Positions 28,314 through 38,988 of a DNA stretch of 64,000 nt are shown here, piece after piece. The translations under genes were made by a program, and so were the position numbers. Under the pieces are notes generated by a model. It saw only the letters and a list, made by a program, of their open reading frames with translations, had not been told where the DNA came from and ran no database searches. Position 1 is the first letter of the stretch; each line of letters opens with the position of its first letter. The DNA is taken from the IMG/VR virus record IMGVR_UViG_3300043399_000297, positions 180,023 to 244,022 of that record, one strand, 5' to 3'.

Positions 28314-31031
28314 ATGTCATATATTGACGCCGTTCTTGACGGAAAAAGTGATAGGATATTTGTCGTAGAGCGTAGTTCTGAGGGCAAACGCCTCTACAAG
28401 GAATATCCTACCAACTATACTTTCTATTACACAGATCCTCGAGGAAAATATCGCAGTATCTTTGGAGACAGCGTATCTCGTTTCTCTACTCGCAAGAAAG
28501 CAGAGTTTGAGAAAGAGCGTAGAATACATCGTGGTAAAACTCTGTTCGAAAGTGATATCAATGTAGTTTTTAGGTGTCTCAGTGACAACTACTTAAACGC
28601 TGAACCGCCTAAGCTTCATACTTGCTTTTTCGATATTGAGGTCGACTTTGATCCTGATAGAGGATTCAGTCCTACCGATGATCCATTCAATAGTGTAACA
28701 GCAATAAGTATGTATTTGGATTGGCTTGATCAATTGATTACATTGGTTATGCCTCCAAGACATATGACAGATGAAACTGCAAAAGAATTAACCAAAGACT
28801 TTGAGAATTGTTTCTTATTTCGTAATGAGATAGAAATGTTTGAAACATTCTTTGAATTGATTGAAGATGCAGATGTTTTGACTGGTTGGAACTCAGAAGG
28901 GTACGATATTCCCTATCTAGTAAATCGTGTTACCCGTATTATGAGTAAGGACGATACTAGAAAGTTTTGTTTGCTTGGTCAACTTCCAAAGTCTAGAACA
29001 TATGAGCGATATGGTAAAGAAGAAACAACTTATGACCTAGTTGGTCGCATTCATATGGACTATCTACAGTTGTATAAGAAGTATAACTATGAAAGTCGCC
29101 ATAGCTATAGTCTAGATGCTATTGGTGAAATGGAAGTTGGTGAGCGCAAGACTCAATATGAAGGTAGTCTTGACCAGTTATACAACAAAGATTTCAAGAC
29201 ATTCGTGCAGTATAATCGTCAGGATACAATGCTGATGGTTAAGATTCATAATAAACTAAAGTTTCTTGATCTTGCAAATGCTCTAGCACACGAAAACACT
29301 GTATTGATGCCCACTGTTATGGGTTCAGTAGCAATGATTGAAATGGCTATCTATAACGAAGCACATAATCGTGATTTAGTCGTGCCTGACAAAAAGCGCA
29401 GAGATAGTTTCGGTGATGAGCAACAAGCAGCGGGTGCATATGTTGCTGTTCCTAAGAAGGGCATTCACGAATGGGTCGGTGCAGTTGACATTAACAGTCT
29501 ATATCCATCTACAATTCGCGCATTGAATATGGCTCCTGAAACTATCATTGGTCAGGTTAGACAGACATTGACTAATCAATATATGCGTGAAAAGAGCCTT
29601 GCACTTGCTAAAGACAAGCGTAAAAAGAAGAACGGTGATGATGCAGATGCAGTCACTGGCGCTATTCTTTGGGAAAACTTGTTTGGTTCATTAGAATATA
29701 CTGCTATTATGAACCAAGAACGTGGTACTATGCTTACCATTGATTATGAAGATGGTCGTAGCGTAGAAATGAGTGCTGCTGAAATCTGGAAACTAATCTT
29801 TGACAGTCATAAGCCCTGGATGATTAGTGCTAATGGCACCATCTTTACATATGAACAAGAAGGTGTCATTCCCGGATTGTTGTCTCGTTGGTATACTGAA
29901 CGAAAAAGTATTCAGAAAGAAGCCAAAGAAGCATATGGCACAGATATGTTTGACTATTATGATAAGCGTCAGCTTGTTCGCAAGATTTTGCTTAACTCAG
30001 CATATGGTGCATTGTTGAACGAACATTGTCGTTTCTATGATAAAAGAATCGGGCAGTCAGTTACATTAAGCGGTCGTCAAGTTGTGAAACATATGATGAG
30101 CCAAATTAATGAAATCATCACGGAAAAGTATGAACACGACGGCGAAGCTATTGTGTATGGTGATACTGACTCCTGTTATTTTAGTGCATATCCTCTTGTC
30201 AAGGGTCAGATTGAACGAGGAGAACTTGTTTGGAACAAAGAAACTTGTATTGAACTATATGACACTATCGCGGACCATGTCAATCTAAGCTTCCCTTCAT
30301 TTATGGAACGAGCATTTCATTGTCCTATCAAAAACGGTGAAGTTATTAAGGCAGGTCGTGAACTTATCGGTGATAGAACATTGTTCATCACAAAGAAAAG
30401 ATATGCCATCAACATCTTTGACAAAGAAGGCAAAAGAAAAGATACAGGGAACAAGATGGGCGAGATTAAGGCAATGGGTCTTGATCTTAAGCGGGCAGAC
30501 ACTCCCAAGTATGTTCAAGCATTCTTGATGGAAGTTCTTGAAATTGTGCTTGCTGGTGCGCCAAGAGACGAAGTTGTAAGCAAGATTCGTGAATTCAAGA
30601 ATTGGCTAAGCGAGCAAGATAGCTGGACTAAGGGTTCTCCCAAGAGTGTTAATAAACTCACATATTATGGTGAATTAGAAGCTCGTAGCAAGACAGGCAA
30701 AGCTAATATGCCCGGACATGTTAGAGCAGCACTTAACTATAACTATCTTCGTAAGATGAACAATGATCAATATAGTCAAAAGATAGTTGATGGAATGAAG
30801 ATTATTGTTTGTAAAGTAAAGGATAATCCACTTGGATTTACAAGTGTTGCATATCCTACAGACGAATTGAGATTGCCCAAATGGTTTATTGATCTTCCAT
30901 TTGATGACTTAGAAATGGAACGAACATTAGTTGATGAAAAGATTGACAACTTATTGGGCGTATTGAATTGGAACATTAGAACCGATACCAATACTAATAG
31001 CAAGGTCGATGACTTCTTTAGTTTCGGATAA
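28314..31031 (+). CDS. Family B DNA polymerase
   Basis: FDIE, GWNSEGYDIPY, YNRQD exonuclease motifs; DINSLYPS, KILLNSAYG, YGDTDS polymerase motifs. Confidence 0.95.
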   Translation: MSYIDAVLDGKSDRIFVVERSSEGKRLYKEYPTNYTFYYTDPRGKYRSIFGDSVSRFSTRKKAEFEKERRIHRGKTLFESDINVVFRCLSDNYLNAEPPKLHTCFFDIEVDFDPDRGFSPTDDPFNSVTAISMYLDWLDQLITLVMPPRHMTDETAKELTKDFENCFLFRNEIEMFETFFELIEDADVLTGWNSEGYDIPYLVNRVTRIMSKDDTRKFCLLGQLPKSRTYERYGKEETTYDLVGRIHMDYLQLYKKYNYESRHSYSLDAIGEMEVGERKTQYEGSLDQLYNKDFKTFVQYNRQDTMLMVKIHNKLKFLDLANALAHENTVLMPTVMGSVAMIEMAIYNEAHNRDLVVPDKKRRDSFGDEQQAAGAYVAVPKKGIHEWVGAVDINSLYPSTIRALNMAPETIIGQVRQTLTNQYMREKSLALAKDKRKKKNGDDADAVTGAILWENLFGSLEYTAIMNQERGTMLTIDYEDGRSVEMSAAEIWKLIFDSHKPWMISANGTIFTYEQEGVIPGLLSRWYTERKSIQKEAKEAYGTDMFDYYDKRQLVRKILLNSAYGALLNEHCRFYDKRIGQSVTLSGRQVVKHMMSQINEIITEKYEHDGEAIVYGDTDSCYFSAYPLVKGQIERGELVWNKETCIELYDTIADHVNLSFPSFMERAFHCPIKNGEVIKAGRELIGDRTLFITKKRYAINIFDKEGKRKDTGNKMGEIKAMGLDLKRADTPKYVQAFLMEVLEIVLAGAPRDEVVSKIREFKNWLSEQDSWTKGSPKSVNKLTYYGELEARSKTGKANMPGHVRAALNYNYLRKMNNDQYSQKIVDGMKIIVCKVKDNPLGFTSVAYPTDELRLPKWFIDLPFDDLEMERTLVDEKIDNLLGVLNWNIRTDTNTNSKVDDFFSFG

Positions 31032-31106
31032 CAACACTATTGCTTTTTGCAAAAAATTCCACTATTATACACTATATACGAACCTAAATACTATAAAGGA
31101 AACAAA

Positions 31107-31838
31107 ATGAAAGATAATTTACTAGATTTGATCCAACATACTCAGGGACTAGGTGTCATTGAACTTGTAAAGGTCGAGGGCTCCGATACAGAAACTAAGA
31201 TTTCTGCATATTCTGATGACAAGACTGTTATCGTCACTGGGACATTTAAGACTCCCATTGATGGATTTCAGGGAACTTTCGGTATGCCTAACTTGTCAAA
31301 GCTTAAGACAATTCTAAGCTTTGATGATTACGATGACACTTCAGTTATCAATGTGACTAAGGAAAACAGAGACGGAGCTGATGTTCCTGCTGCAATTCAC
31401 TTTGAAACTAAGGTAGGTGACTTTGTTAACGACTATCGCTTGATGTTGAAGAATGTAGTTGAAGATAAGATTAAGAATGTCACATTCAAGGGCGCTAGCT
31501 GGGATGTTGAGTTTGAACCAACAGTTGCTGGTGTTATGCGTCTTAAGAAGCAGGCTAGTGCTAACAGCGAAGAACTTAACTTTAAGACCAAGACAGACAA
31601 TGGCGATCTAAAGATTTATTTCGGTGATCATTCTACACACAGTGGTAACTTTGTGTTTCATTCAGATGTGACTGGAAATCTTACTAAGGCTTGGAACTGG
31701 CCTGTTAAGGTCTTTCTTGCTATTATGGATCTACCCGGTGATAAGGTAGTTCGTTTTGCTGATGCAGGCGCTGCTGAAATCACAGTTGATAGTGGCATTG
31801 CAAACTATCGTTATCTATTACCAGCACAGACTAAGTGA
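31107..31838 (+). CDS. Sliding clamp (gp45/PCNA-like)
   Basis: ~243 aa directly after polB, two-domain alpha/beta pattern, ends YRYLLPAQ; clamp loader also present. Confidence 0.6.
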   Translation: MKDNLLDLIQHTQGLGVIELVKVEGSDTETKISAYSDDKTVIVTGTFKTPIDGFQGTFGMPNLSKLKTILSFDDYDDTSVINVTKENRDGADVPAAIHFETKVGDFVNDYRLMLKNVVEDKIKNVTFKGASWDVEFEPTVAGVMRLKKQASANSEELNFKTKTDNGDLKIYFGDHSTHSGNFVFHSDVTGNLTKAWNWPVKVFLAIMDLPGDKVVRFADAGAAEITVDSGIANYRYLLPAQTK

Positions 31839-31839
31839 T

Positions 31840-32217
31840 ATGATTAGGACGATTAACGGTGGTCGTTATATGGTGGTCAACGGTGGAATGCCAGCGACCA
31901 CATATGTCAATAGCTATACAGGCGCTATGTGTCTTGGGGATATGCGATTTAATACTTCTACTCAGAATATAGAAGTGTATGACGGCAATAGTTGGATCCA
32001 GTTAAATATGAGTCACGCTCAGGTTAACTTGACTCCTGATGCTGAAACAGCATTGGATTGGGCTATCAAAAAAGCAACAGAAGATGCTGAACTTGAAAAA
32101 CTAGCAAAAACTAATCCTACTATTGCTGATCTTGTAAACCAAAAGAAAGAAATTGATCAAAAGATTAAAGTCGTACAGACTTTAATCAAAGATGAGGTAA
32201 AAATTGGATCAAATTAA
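31840..32217 (+). CDS. Hypothetical protein
   Basis: GDMRFNTSTQNIEVYDGNSW motif plus coiled-coil. Confidence 0.65.
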   Translation: MIRTINGGRYMVVNGGMPATTYVNSYTGAMCLGDMRFNTSTQNIEVYDGNSWIQLNMSHAQVNLTPDAETALDWAIKKATEDAELEKLAKTNPTIADLVNQKKEIDQKIKVVQTLIKDEVKIGSN

Positions 32218-33832
32218 TCTCTCTGATTATCACAATGATGATTGGGCATTGTTTCTGCCTGCAATCTCGTCCTTCTTCATTAGCGGCTTAGGTAAGCAGC
32301 GTGAAGGTGAAAACTATTTTGACCCTACGAGAATTCCTGCAGGATTTAATGGTGATGTTGAATGTTTGAATTTCTTCAACAGTAAAGCAGGATTATTCAC
32401 ATATAAGTGGGGCTTATATTCTGCTGGTCACGCGAATCTAGATATTACTAAGGATGACAATAACGAATCTATCATCCGCAAAAGAGAAGAAGGTACATTT
32501 CTTCTAGGAGACAGCGGTGGATTCCAGATTCTTAAATGTCAGTGGCCCGCAGATTGGAAGGATCCTAACTGCCCTCGTGCAATGAAGAAAAGAACAGAAG
32601 TTCTTAAGTGGATGGATGAATATATGGACTATGGTATGTGTCTTGATATTCCATCACAGAGCCTGACAACTTATCATATCAAGGATAAGAAGACTAGTAC
32701 CTCGGCACATGGTATCAGCACCATTGAAGAAGCAATTACTGCTACCCATATCAATAACGAATACTTCATCAACAATCGTGATGGTCGCTGCAAGTTCTTA
32801 AATGTTTTGCAGGGCCGCAATCATAAGCAGAGTGATGACTGGTACGAGGAGATGAAGAAGTATTGCGATACCAACATCTATGGGGATCGTGCATTTAATG
32901 GCTGGGCGTTCGGTGGTCAAAACAAGATTGACATTCATTTGATGCTTAAGCGTTTAGTGGGTATTATTCACGATGGTTTCTTAGAAGAAGGCAAGCACGA
33001 CTTAATTCACTGTCTCGGCACTAGTATTATGGAATATGCAGTATTGTTTACTGATATTCAGAAGGCGATTCGCAAATATCATAATAGCAAGTTCAAGATT
33101 ACATTTGATTGTGCAAGCCCATTCTTTGCTGCTGCTAAAGGTCTAGCATACAACAACAATACATTTGAACACGATACAAAGTGGACTTATGCTATGGAGA
33201 AAACTGCTGAGAATAAAAAGTATGCAACTGACAATCGCAAGTATAGTCAAGGTTGCTTAGAAGATAATATTCATCAATTGTTTACTGATAGTCCAATAAC
33301 TGATAGATTGTTGATGAAAGATATCTGCTATCGTGGTGTAGGTTTTCTTGGTCAGCACGGTAAAGAAACTAAGACTAGCTGGGATACTCTTAGCTATACA
33401 TTGATACAAGCACATAATGTCTATCAGCATATCTATGCTGTTCAGGAAGCCAATCGTCGTTACGAGACAGGCATTCTTCCTAATATGGTTATAGACAAGT
33501 TTGATCATACAACTTTTGGTGAAATTGTTGACGAGATTTTTAGCCTTAAAGATAGACAAAGTAGCTTGGATTTGATAGAACATTATAGTAAGTTCTGGAC
33601 TCAGATGAAAGCAGGCCAAGGATTCTCTGGTAAGAAGGCAGTTAATTCTGAAACACAATCTACTGAATTATTCGATGGTAAGTTTGGTTCTAGTAAAGTT
33701 GAAAAAGTAAAGAAGGAGCCACTGAAATCTATGTTTGATGATTTGTTTTCAGTTGATGAAAGTGATATAGAAGTTGATGAAGAAATCATTGATAGCGATG
33801 ATGCTATACAAGATATGGTAGATGAATTATGA
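32204..33832 (+). CDS. dpdA: tRNA-guanine transglycosylase-fold protein, probable DNA 7-deazaguanine transglycosylase (DpdA-like)
   Basis: GDSGGFQ, MCLDIP, NVLQG, GWAFGG, IHCLG, TFDCAS, AHN motifs of the TGT family; clustered with folE/queD/queE. Confidence 0.75.
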   Translation: MDQINLSDYHNDDWALFLPAISSFFISGLGKQREGENYFDPTRIPAGFNGDVECLNFFNSKAGLFTYKWGLYSAGHANLDITKDDNNESIIRKREEGTFLLGDSGGFQILKCQWPADWKDPNCPRAMKKRTEVLKWMDEYMDYGMCLDIPSQSLTTYHIKDKKTSTSAHGISTIEEAITATHINNEYFINNRDGRCKFLNVLQGRNHKQSDDWYEEMKKYCDTNIYGDRAFNGWAFGGQNKIDIHLMLKRLVGIIHDGFLEEGKHDLIHCLGTSIMEYAVLFTDIQKAIRKYHNSKFKITFDCASPFFAAAKGLAYNNNTFEHDTKWTYAMEKTAENKKYATDNRKYSQGCLEDNIHQLFTDSPITDRLLMKDICYRGVGFLGQHGKETKTSWDTLSYTLIQAHNVYQHIYAVQEANRRYETGILPNMVIDKFDHTTFGEIVDEIFSLKDRQSSLDLIEHYSKFWTQMKAGQGFSGKKAVNSETQSTELFDGKFGSSKVEKVKKEPLKSMFDDLFSVDESDIEVDEEIIDSDDAIQDMVDEL

Positions 33833-34290
33833 ATATAGATGACAATATAGAAATGGCCAGAGCTACGCAAAGATTGCGTATTGTTGATCAGGCTAAACGA
33901 ATGATTTGGGTTACCTTTCGTAAAGAAGGAATTCATAAGTATCCTGATGCATTAGAAAACATTGATCTTGCTACAGGGAATGAATACGATGTAAGTTTTC
34001 TTGGATACCCACATAGGCATATCTTTCATTTTAAAGTGGGTATTCAAGTTAAGCACAATGACCGAGAAATTGAGTTCATTCAATTCAAACGCTATCTAGA
34101 AAATCTATATGGCAAGGGAGTTATTGATCTTGATTATCAGTCTTGTGAAATGATTTGTGATAGCTTGTATGAGCATATTGCAAGTCGTTACCCCGAGCGT
34201 GACATTGAAATCACAGTCAGCGAAGACGGTGAGAACGGTGCCACTATTTATTACAACACAACAAAACCTTATCAATCACTTGCCATCTAA
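33829..34290 (+). CDS. QueD-paralog T-fold protein, DpdL-like (putative CDG decarboxylase)
   Basis: LGYPHRHIF fits LxxxHRHxF; SCEM; VSEDGENGA. Confidence 0.6.
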   Translation: MNIDDNIEMARATQRLRIVDQAKRMIWVTFRKEGIHKYPDALENIDLATGNEYDVSFLGYPHRHIFHFKVGIQVKHNDREIEFIQFKRYLENLYGKGVIDLDYQSCEMICDSLYEHIASRYPERDIEITVSEDGENGATIYYNTTKPYQSLAI

Positions 34291-34300
34291 GGAGTATATA

Positions 34301-34522
34301 ATGGCTAAGACTAATATCAATCAGATTTTTGAAGATTTGGACACTCTACGCAATTTTTGCGTAGAATATGGTTATCGCTTTGATGAGCGCGACCTTTATA
34401 ATAACAAGAGCAACACTTATAAGGTGTTCCAGAGACATATGTCCGGGAAGCCAGTTAAGAACAATTGGGAAGCTGACCTAGCAAAGTTTAAGGAACAGGA
34501 AGTTCTAGGGACTCATAGGTAA
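34301..34522 (+). CDS. Hypothetical protein
   Basis: AAGGAG SD before ATG at 34301. Confidence 0.7.
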   Translation: MAKTNINQIFEDLDTLRNFCVEYGYRFDERDLYNNKSNTYKVFQRHMSGKPVKNNWEADLAKFKEQEVLGTHR

Positions 34523-34576
34523 AGTTGTTTGTAATATCTAGTGGCTTCGTTTACAGTTGGTGAAAGAAAATAACAA

Positions 34577-35755
34577 ATGAGAAAACTATTTTATATGGGC
34601 CTTGAAGCCTATAATGCTCGGTATACACTACAATTAACAGAATGGAATCGTCGAGTATTCGCTAGGCGGGGCCTTGATGTAGTGTATGTTTTGGGGCGCG
34701 AACTTGATAACAGTCAGAAGATCGTGACTGGTCAGGTGCTTGATGCACACGGTCGCTCTTACTATGCTATGAGTCAGATGATGAATCTTGTTCAGCTTAT
34801 GCAGCAGGGTGAAGTCACTAGCGAAGACGTAATCTACTTTGAAGATATGTTTCAGCCCGGTTTTGAATCACTGCCCTACATCATTGATCAGCTTCCCGAA
34901 GACAAGTGTCCTCACATCTTTGTTCGTTGTCTAGCACAGACTATTGATCCTGATGATTTTGTCCACGTTTGGGGAATGGATCGTTGGATGAGAGCATATG
35001 AACAAATGGTATGCGCTAGTGTGTCCGGTGTTCTTGCGACTAACGAAGAAATGGTTGCACATATGCGAGTAGCTGGATGGGACGTTCCTATCTATAATAT
35101 CTCAGGTCTTGCATTTGGTAAGGATGAGGTAATTGAAAGAGTAGACAATTATATTCGTCCCTTCAACAGTCGTAGGATGCGTGTAGTATTCTCAGCAAGA
35201 TGGGATCAAGAAAAGCAACCTGATTTCTATATGGATGTTATTGAGGAGTATAGAACTCGTCATCCAAAGGTTGACATTGAGTTTGTTGTTTGTAGTGGAG
35301 GAGAACTTCGTTCAAATAACGAAACTTATATGGCTCGCACTCGCAAGATGGTTGAAGACGGTAAGTTGATTATCTATGATAATCTTGACAAGAACAAGTA
35401 TTATGAGATTCTTAACGAAAGCCGTGTTGTATTCAATTGTGCGTTGCAGGATTGGGTGAGTAACACTGTAAGTGAAGCAGATGCACTGGGATGCAATGTA
35501 TTATACCCTGCCTATCGCAGTTTTCCTGAAACATTTGCCAATGATCACGAAAGAATGTATGTTCCTTGGTCTATTGATGACGCGGTAAATAAGCTTGATG
35601 TATTGTTGAAGAAGGCTCATCCTAATATGGGCAAGATCAGTGATTATACTGATGGAACCATTGATCGTATCTGTGACATTCTTGAGGGTAAGGGTGATCA
35701 ATATCGTCGTTATACTACAGATTATCGTAAGCACACTAGAGAGGCAAAGTATTAA
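34577..35755 (+). CDS. GT-B (GT4-like) glycosyltransferase
   Basis: VVFSARWDQEKQP, FNCALQDWVSNTVSEADALG, YRSFPE. Confidence 0.75.
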   Translation: MRKLFYMGLEAYNARYTLQLTEWNRRVFARRGLDVVYVLGRELDNSQKIVTGQVLDAHGRSYYAMSQMMNLVQLMQQGEVTSEDVIYFEDMFQPGFESLPYIIDQLPEDKCPHIFVRCLAQTIDPDDFVHVWGMDRWMRAYEQMVCASVSGVLATNEEMVAHMRVAGWDVPIYNISGLAFGKDEVIERVDNYIRPFNSRRMRVVFSARWDQEKQPDFYMDVIEEYRTRHPKVDIEFVVCSGGELRSNNETYMARTRKMVEDGKLIIYDNLDKNKYYEILNESRVVFNCALQDWVSNTVSEADALGCNVLYPAYRSFPETFANDHERMYVPWSIDDAVNKLDVLLKKAHPNMGKISDYTDGTIDRICDILEGKGDQYRRYTTDYRKHTREAKY

Positions 35756-35880
35756 TGAATAAGTATGCAGCGTGGCTTCACAAATGGTTTGGTATCCATC
35801 ATTGGGTATTAATTGATAGCTGCGGAACCACTAATCCGCACCGATGCACTATCTGCGGAGAGATAAGGATGATGCGATAA
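35755..35880 (+). CDS. 41-aa His/Cys protein not in the ORF track
   Basis: MNKYAAWLHKWFGIHHW..HRCTICGE; TAATG overlaps at both ends. Confidence 0.55.
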   Translation: MNKYAAWLHKWFGIHHWVLIDSCGTTNPHRCTICGEIRMMR

Positions 35881-36284
35881 TGAAAGTTATCATCGCTGGT
35901 ACTCGTTACAAAGACAAAGAGAATAAGATTCCATTCAATGATTTCAAGTTAGTTCTTGAAGCAGTTGACCGTAGTGGAATAGAACGCAATGGCATTCAAG
36001 TTACTGAAATTGTCTCCGGAAAAGCAATAGGTGTTGATCAGTTAGGTGAACAGTATGCTAATATGCGAGGAATTCCAATTAAGGAAATGCCGGCGGATTG
36101 GAATACATATGGCAAAAGAGCTGGCCCTATTCGCAATCGTCAGATGGCCGAATACGCAGATATAGCAATTATTATATGGGACGGTGAAAGTAACGGAACT
36201 AGAAATATGATCAATGAAATGATTCGCAAGAATAAACCCTATTTCATTGTTATGACCGAATCAAAAGATGTACCACCGGAGTAA
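35880..36284 (+). CDS. SLOG/YspA (DUF2493-like) protein
   Basis: MKVIIAGTR, IVSGKAIGVD, AGPIRNRQMA, WDGESNGT. Confidence 0.8.
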   Translation: MKVIIAGTRYKDKENKIPFNDFKLVLEAVDRSGIERNGIQVTEIVSGKAIGVDQLGEQYANMRGIPIKEMPADWNTYGKRAGPIRNRQMAEYADIAIIIWDGESNGTRNMINEMIRKNKPYFIVMTESKDVPPE

Positions 36285-36546
36285 TGATGCAGTGATTATT
36301 CACACCATAGAAGAACAAGTCAAGCGGGTTATATTGAAATATTTATATGACACTATTGATGATTTTACCTGTATGCGTTTAATGAAGGAAATACTCCCCA
36401 TCACTGGAGAAGGGGCTAATGTTCTAGTCTTAGCAGATAGCAAAACGGATTCACTTGAAGTATCGTTTGTCAACAATGGAATATTAAACAAGTTCGTGTT
36501 ATTAAATGGTGAAGTTAAGCACGAAACTAAAAGAATAAATGAGTAG
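36268..36546 (+). CDS. Hypothetical protein
   Basis: 92 aa ORF; start uncertain. Confidence 0.55.
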   Translation: MYHRSNDAVIIHTIEEQVKRVILKYLYDTIDDFTCMRLMKEILPITGEGANVLVLADSKTDSLEVSFVNNGILNKFVLLNGEVKHETKRINE

Positions 36547-36624
36547 TTATTTGGGATAAATAGTAATGTTGAAATATGATAGATTTCAACATCATTTATA
36601 TTATATAAGGAGTTAGGAACTTAT

Positions 36625-37464
36625 ATGTCACATTACTATGTATATGCTTACCTTGATCCGCGAGAACCGGGCCAATTCATAACTGAGAATATTTCATTTC
36701 TCTACAAACCTTTCTATATAGGAAAGGGCAAAGATGGAAGAATGTACGATCATTTAAAGGATGCTCGTCCTACCCGAAAATTTAAAAACAGCCATAAGCT
36801 TAACACTATCCGGCAAATGTGCGCTGAGGGTATACCACCTACAATCATTAAATTACACGAAGGTCTTACAGAAGATGAGGCTGTGCGAATAGAGGAAACT
36901 TTAATCAAGCGCCTCAAGGAAGAATATGGGTTGACTAATATTAGAACCTCTTCTTGGTCTTCCGGTAATTCTCACAGCAATAGCGGCAAAGAATTCAATA
37001 ATCCTAGAAAAGATACAATAACAATTTACAACACTTTGCTAGGTGAACATACTGTCATTAAAAAACCTCAACTTGGCCTATTCATTGAAATATACGGAAA
37101 AGACAATATAATTAACACTTCTGCTATTAAAACCAGAGTGGGTAAGAAACAAACCAAAGCCAGACACGGAACTACAAATGGAATGTACGGTAAATCCGCA
37201 GTCAGAGGAAAACGATGGTGTATCGTTAACTGTGAGGAAAAGTTTTTATCACCCAAAGAAATTGACAGATACATTGCGCTTGATTATAATGTGGAGTACG
37301 GAAGAAAGTATAAACCTTCCGGAAAGAGAGTTATATTTGAAGGGGAATTAAAGGGTAAATATAGATCGGATGATGACATATCTGCTTTCCCTAACAGAAA
37401 ATATCAGTATGGTTTAGTGTGGAACTCTACTAAACCTACATTTATGAACCATAAACAATTATGA
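36625..37464 (+). CDS. GIY-YIG (LEM-3-like) endonuclease
   Basis: YYVYAYLDPR..PFYIGKGK..RMYDH..EE.LI..LTN; preceded by GATAAATA and hairpin ATGTTGAAAT/ATTTCAACAT. Confidence 0.75.
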   Translation: MSHYYVYAYLDPREPGQFITENISFLYKPFYIGKGKDGRMYDHLKDARPTRKFKNSHKLNTIRQMCAEGIPPTIIKLHEGLTEDEAVRIEETLIKRLKEEYGLTNIRTSSWSSGNSHSNSGKEFNNPRKDTITIYNTLLGEHTVIKKPQLGLFIEIYGKDNIINTSAIKTRVGKKQTKARHGTTNGMYGKSAVRGKRWCIVNCEEKFLSPKEIDRYIALDYNVEYGRKYKPSGKRVIFEGELKGKYRSDDDISAFPNRKYQYGLVWNSTKPTFMNHKQL

Positions 37465-37479
37465 GTAAGGAGAATCATT

Positions 37480-38160
37480 GTGAGTTTTGATAAGACTAAA
37501 ACAGACCCTAAGTTGGGAAAGAAGATTAGAGAACACCTTATTAACAAAGGTGTAGAATGCCCTATTGTTGAATCAGCACTTGAAGTAGAAAACAAGAAAA
37601 AAATTGATATTCTTGAAGAGGCATTTACTACTATTTGGAAGACGGTGGGGCTGGATCTGAATGATGATAGTCTTGCGGAAACTCCCAACAGAATGGCCAA
37701 AATGTATATTAATGAGATTTATTTCGGTCTCAAAGAAGAAAACTTCCCCAAATGTACCGTTGTAGAAAACAAGATGGGTCACGATGAAATGGTAGTTGAA
37801 CGCAATGTGGTTGTGATGAGTAACTGTGAACATCACGGCGTTGTCATCGATGGTCTTGCTACCGTTGCATATGTTCCGACTACTAAGGTGCTTGGTCTAT
37901 CAAAGATAAATCGTATCGTTGAATACTTCAGTAAGCGTCCTCAGATTCAGGAACGATTGACCGAGCAGGTGTTCTATGCATTGCAGTATATCCTTGAAAC
38001 AGAGAATGTGGCTGTTATGATTGATGCTAAGCATTATTGCGTAGCCAGCCGTGGCGTTGAAGATACTGGTTCTCGCACTATCACTAGCCGTCTCGGTGGT
38101 GGATTCAAGACTGACCCTGCTGCAAGAGCAGAGTTCCTCAGTATTGCGAGAATGAAATGA
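37480..38160 (+). CDS. folE: GTP cyclohydrolase I
   Basis: ETPNRMAKMY, SNCEHH, GLSKINRIV, RPQIQERLT, HYCVASRG. Confidence 0.95.
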   Translation: MSFDKTKTDPKLGKKIREHLINKGVECPIVESALEVENKKKIDILEEAFTTIWKTVGLDLNDDSLAETPNRMAKMYINEIYFGLKEENFPKCTVVENKMGHDEMVVERNVVVMSNCEHHGVVIDGLATVAYVPTTKVLGLSKINRIVEYFSKRPQIQERLTEQVFYALQYILETENVAVMIDAKHYCVASRGVEDTGSRTITSRLGGGFKTDPAARAEFLSIARMK

Positions 38161-38447
38161 GCAATATTCCTAAGTTTGAAATTATTAAAACCAAAGTCAA
38201 TGCGCCTACTAGAAAACTAAACGCTAGTTGGACAGTTGAACCGCTAATACTCAAACCCTGGACTAAACTTTCCGCTTTGCATTGTGGAAAAAATGTATAT
38301 GCTATTCGTGATAGAGAAATTCAAAATTGGATAGAATCCTACCCCAAAGACAAGTGGACCTATGTAGACTATGATTTTGTCAATCATTCGGCTGGATATA
38401 CATTCACAGAAGATTTAGAATCGTGGTTCTTATTGAGGTGGTCGTGA
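38157..38447 (+). CDS. Small protein of the 'WFxLxW' paralog family
   Basis: Ends ESWFLLRWS. Confidence 0.65.
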   Translation: MSNIPKFEIIKTKVNAPTRKLNASWTVEPLILKPWTKLSALHCGKNVYAIRDREIQNWIESYPKDKWTYVDYDFVNHSAGYTFTEDLESWFLLRWS

Positions 38448-38692
38448 CAGTAAGAATGTATCTGCCATTTAGTATGGGAAAAGTAACACACACTGATCCT
38501 TTTACATTTGAACCAGTAATTGAACATCCTATCTTAGACATTGGTAGTAGCTATAGCTTGATAAAGCCGCACATAGAAGATTGGGTAGATGAACACTGTC
38601 CTGATCGGGCTATAGGTCTTGAAGACGGTAACTACTACATTGATTTCCCCACAGAAGAAGATATGGTTTGGTTTAAGTTGAGGTGGTTGTGA
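38444..38692 (+). CDS. Small protein of the 'WFxLxW' paralog family
   Basis: GTGA overlap start; ends FPTEEDMVWFKLRWL. Confidence 0.65.
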   Translation: MTVRMYLPFSMGKVTHTDPFTFEPVIEHPILDIGSSYSLIKPHIEDWVDEHCPDRAIGLEDGNYYIDFPTEEDMVWFKLRWL

Positions 38693-38988
38693 CTGACAAA
38701 TACCAAAAAATTATTGATATTATGCGCAAACAGACCGCAGAACGCTTAGCCGATCCTGTTAAACTACGCGAATGGATTCGTCAGGTTCATGGTCCTGAAA
38801 TGCGAGAACTTATTGGTGAAGAGGCAGAGCAAATGCTTGTCGTCCTCAAGTTAGTAGGTCATCATAGTGATTCAAACAATCAAATAACGCATACTTATTT
38901 TTACAAGTATAATGATAAAGAATATAGAATAACATATGGAGCGGGAGACGATCCATTAATAGAAGAGGTATTACCATATGATCTTTAA
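38689..38988 (+). CDS. Hypothetical protein
   Basis: GTGA overlap start after GAGGTGG. Confidence 0.65.
   Translation: MTDKYQKIIDIMRKQTAERLADPVKLREWIRQVHGPEMRELIGEEAEQMLVVLKLVGHHSDSNNQITHTYFYKYNDKEYRITYGAGDDPLIEEVLPYDL

Noticed and set aside
28314-31031. Intein or intron in polB, ligase or clp genes
   Set aside because: Lengths are ordinary; no intein C...HN ends or LAGLIDADG blocks seen
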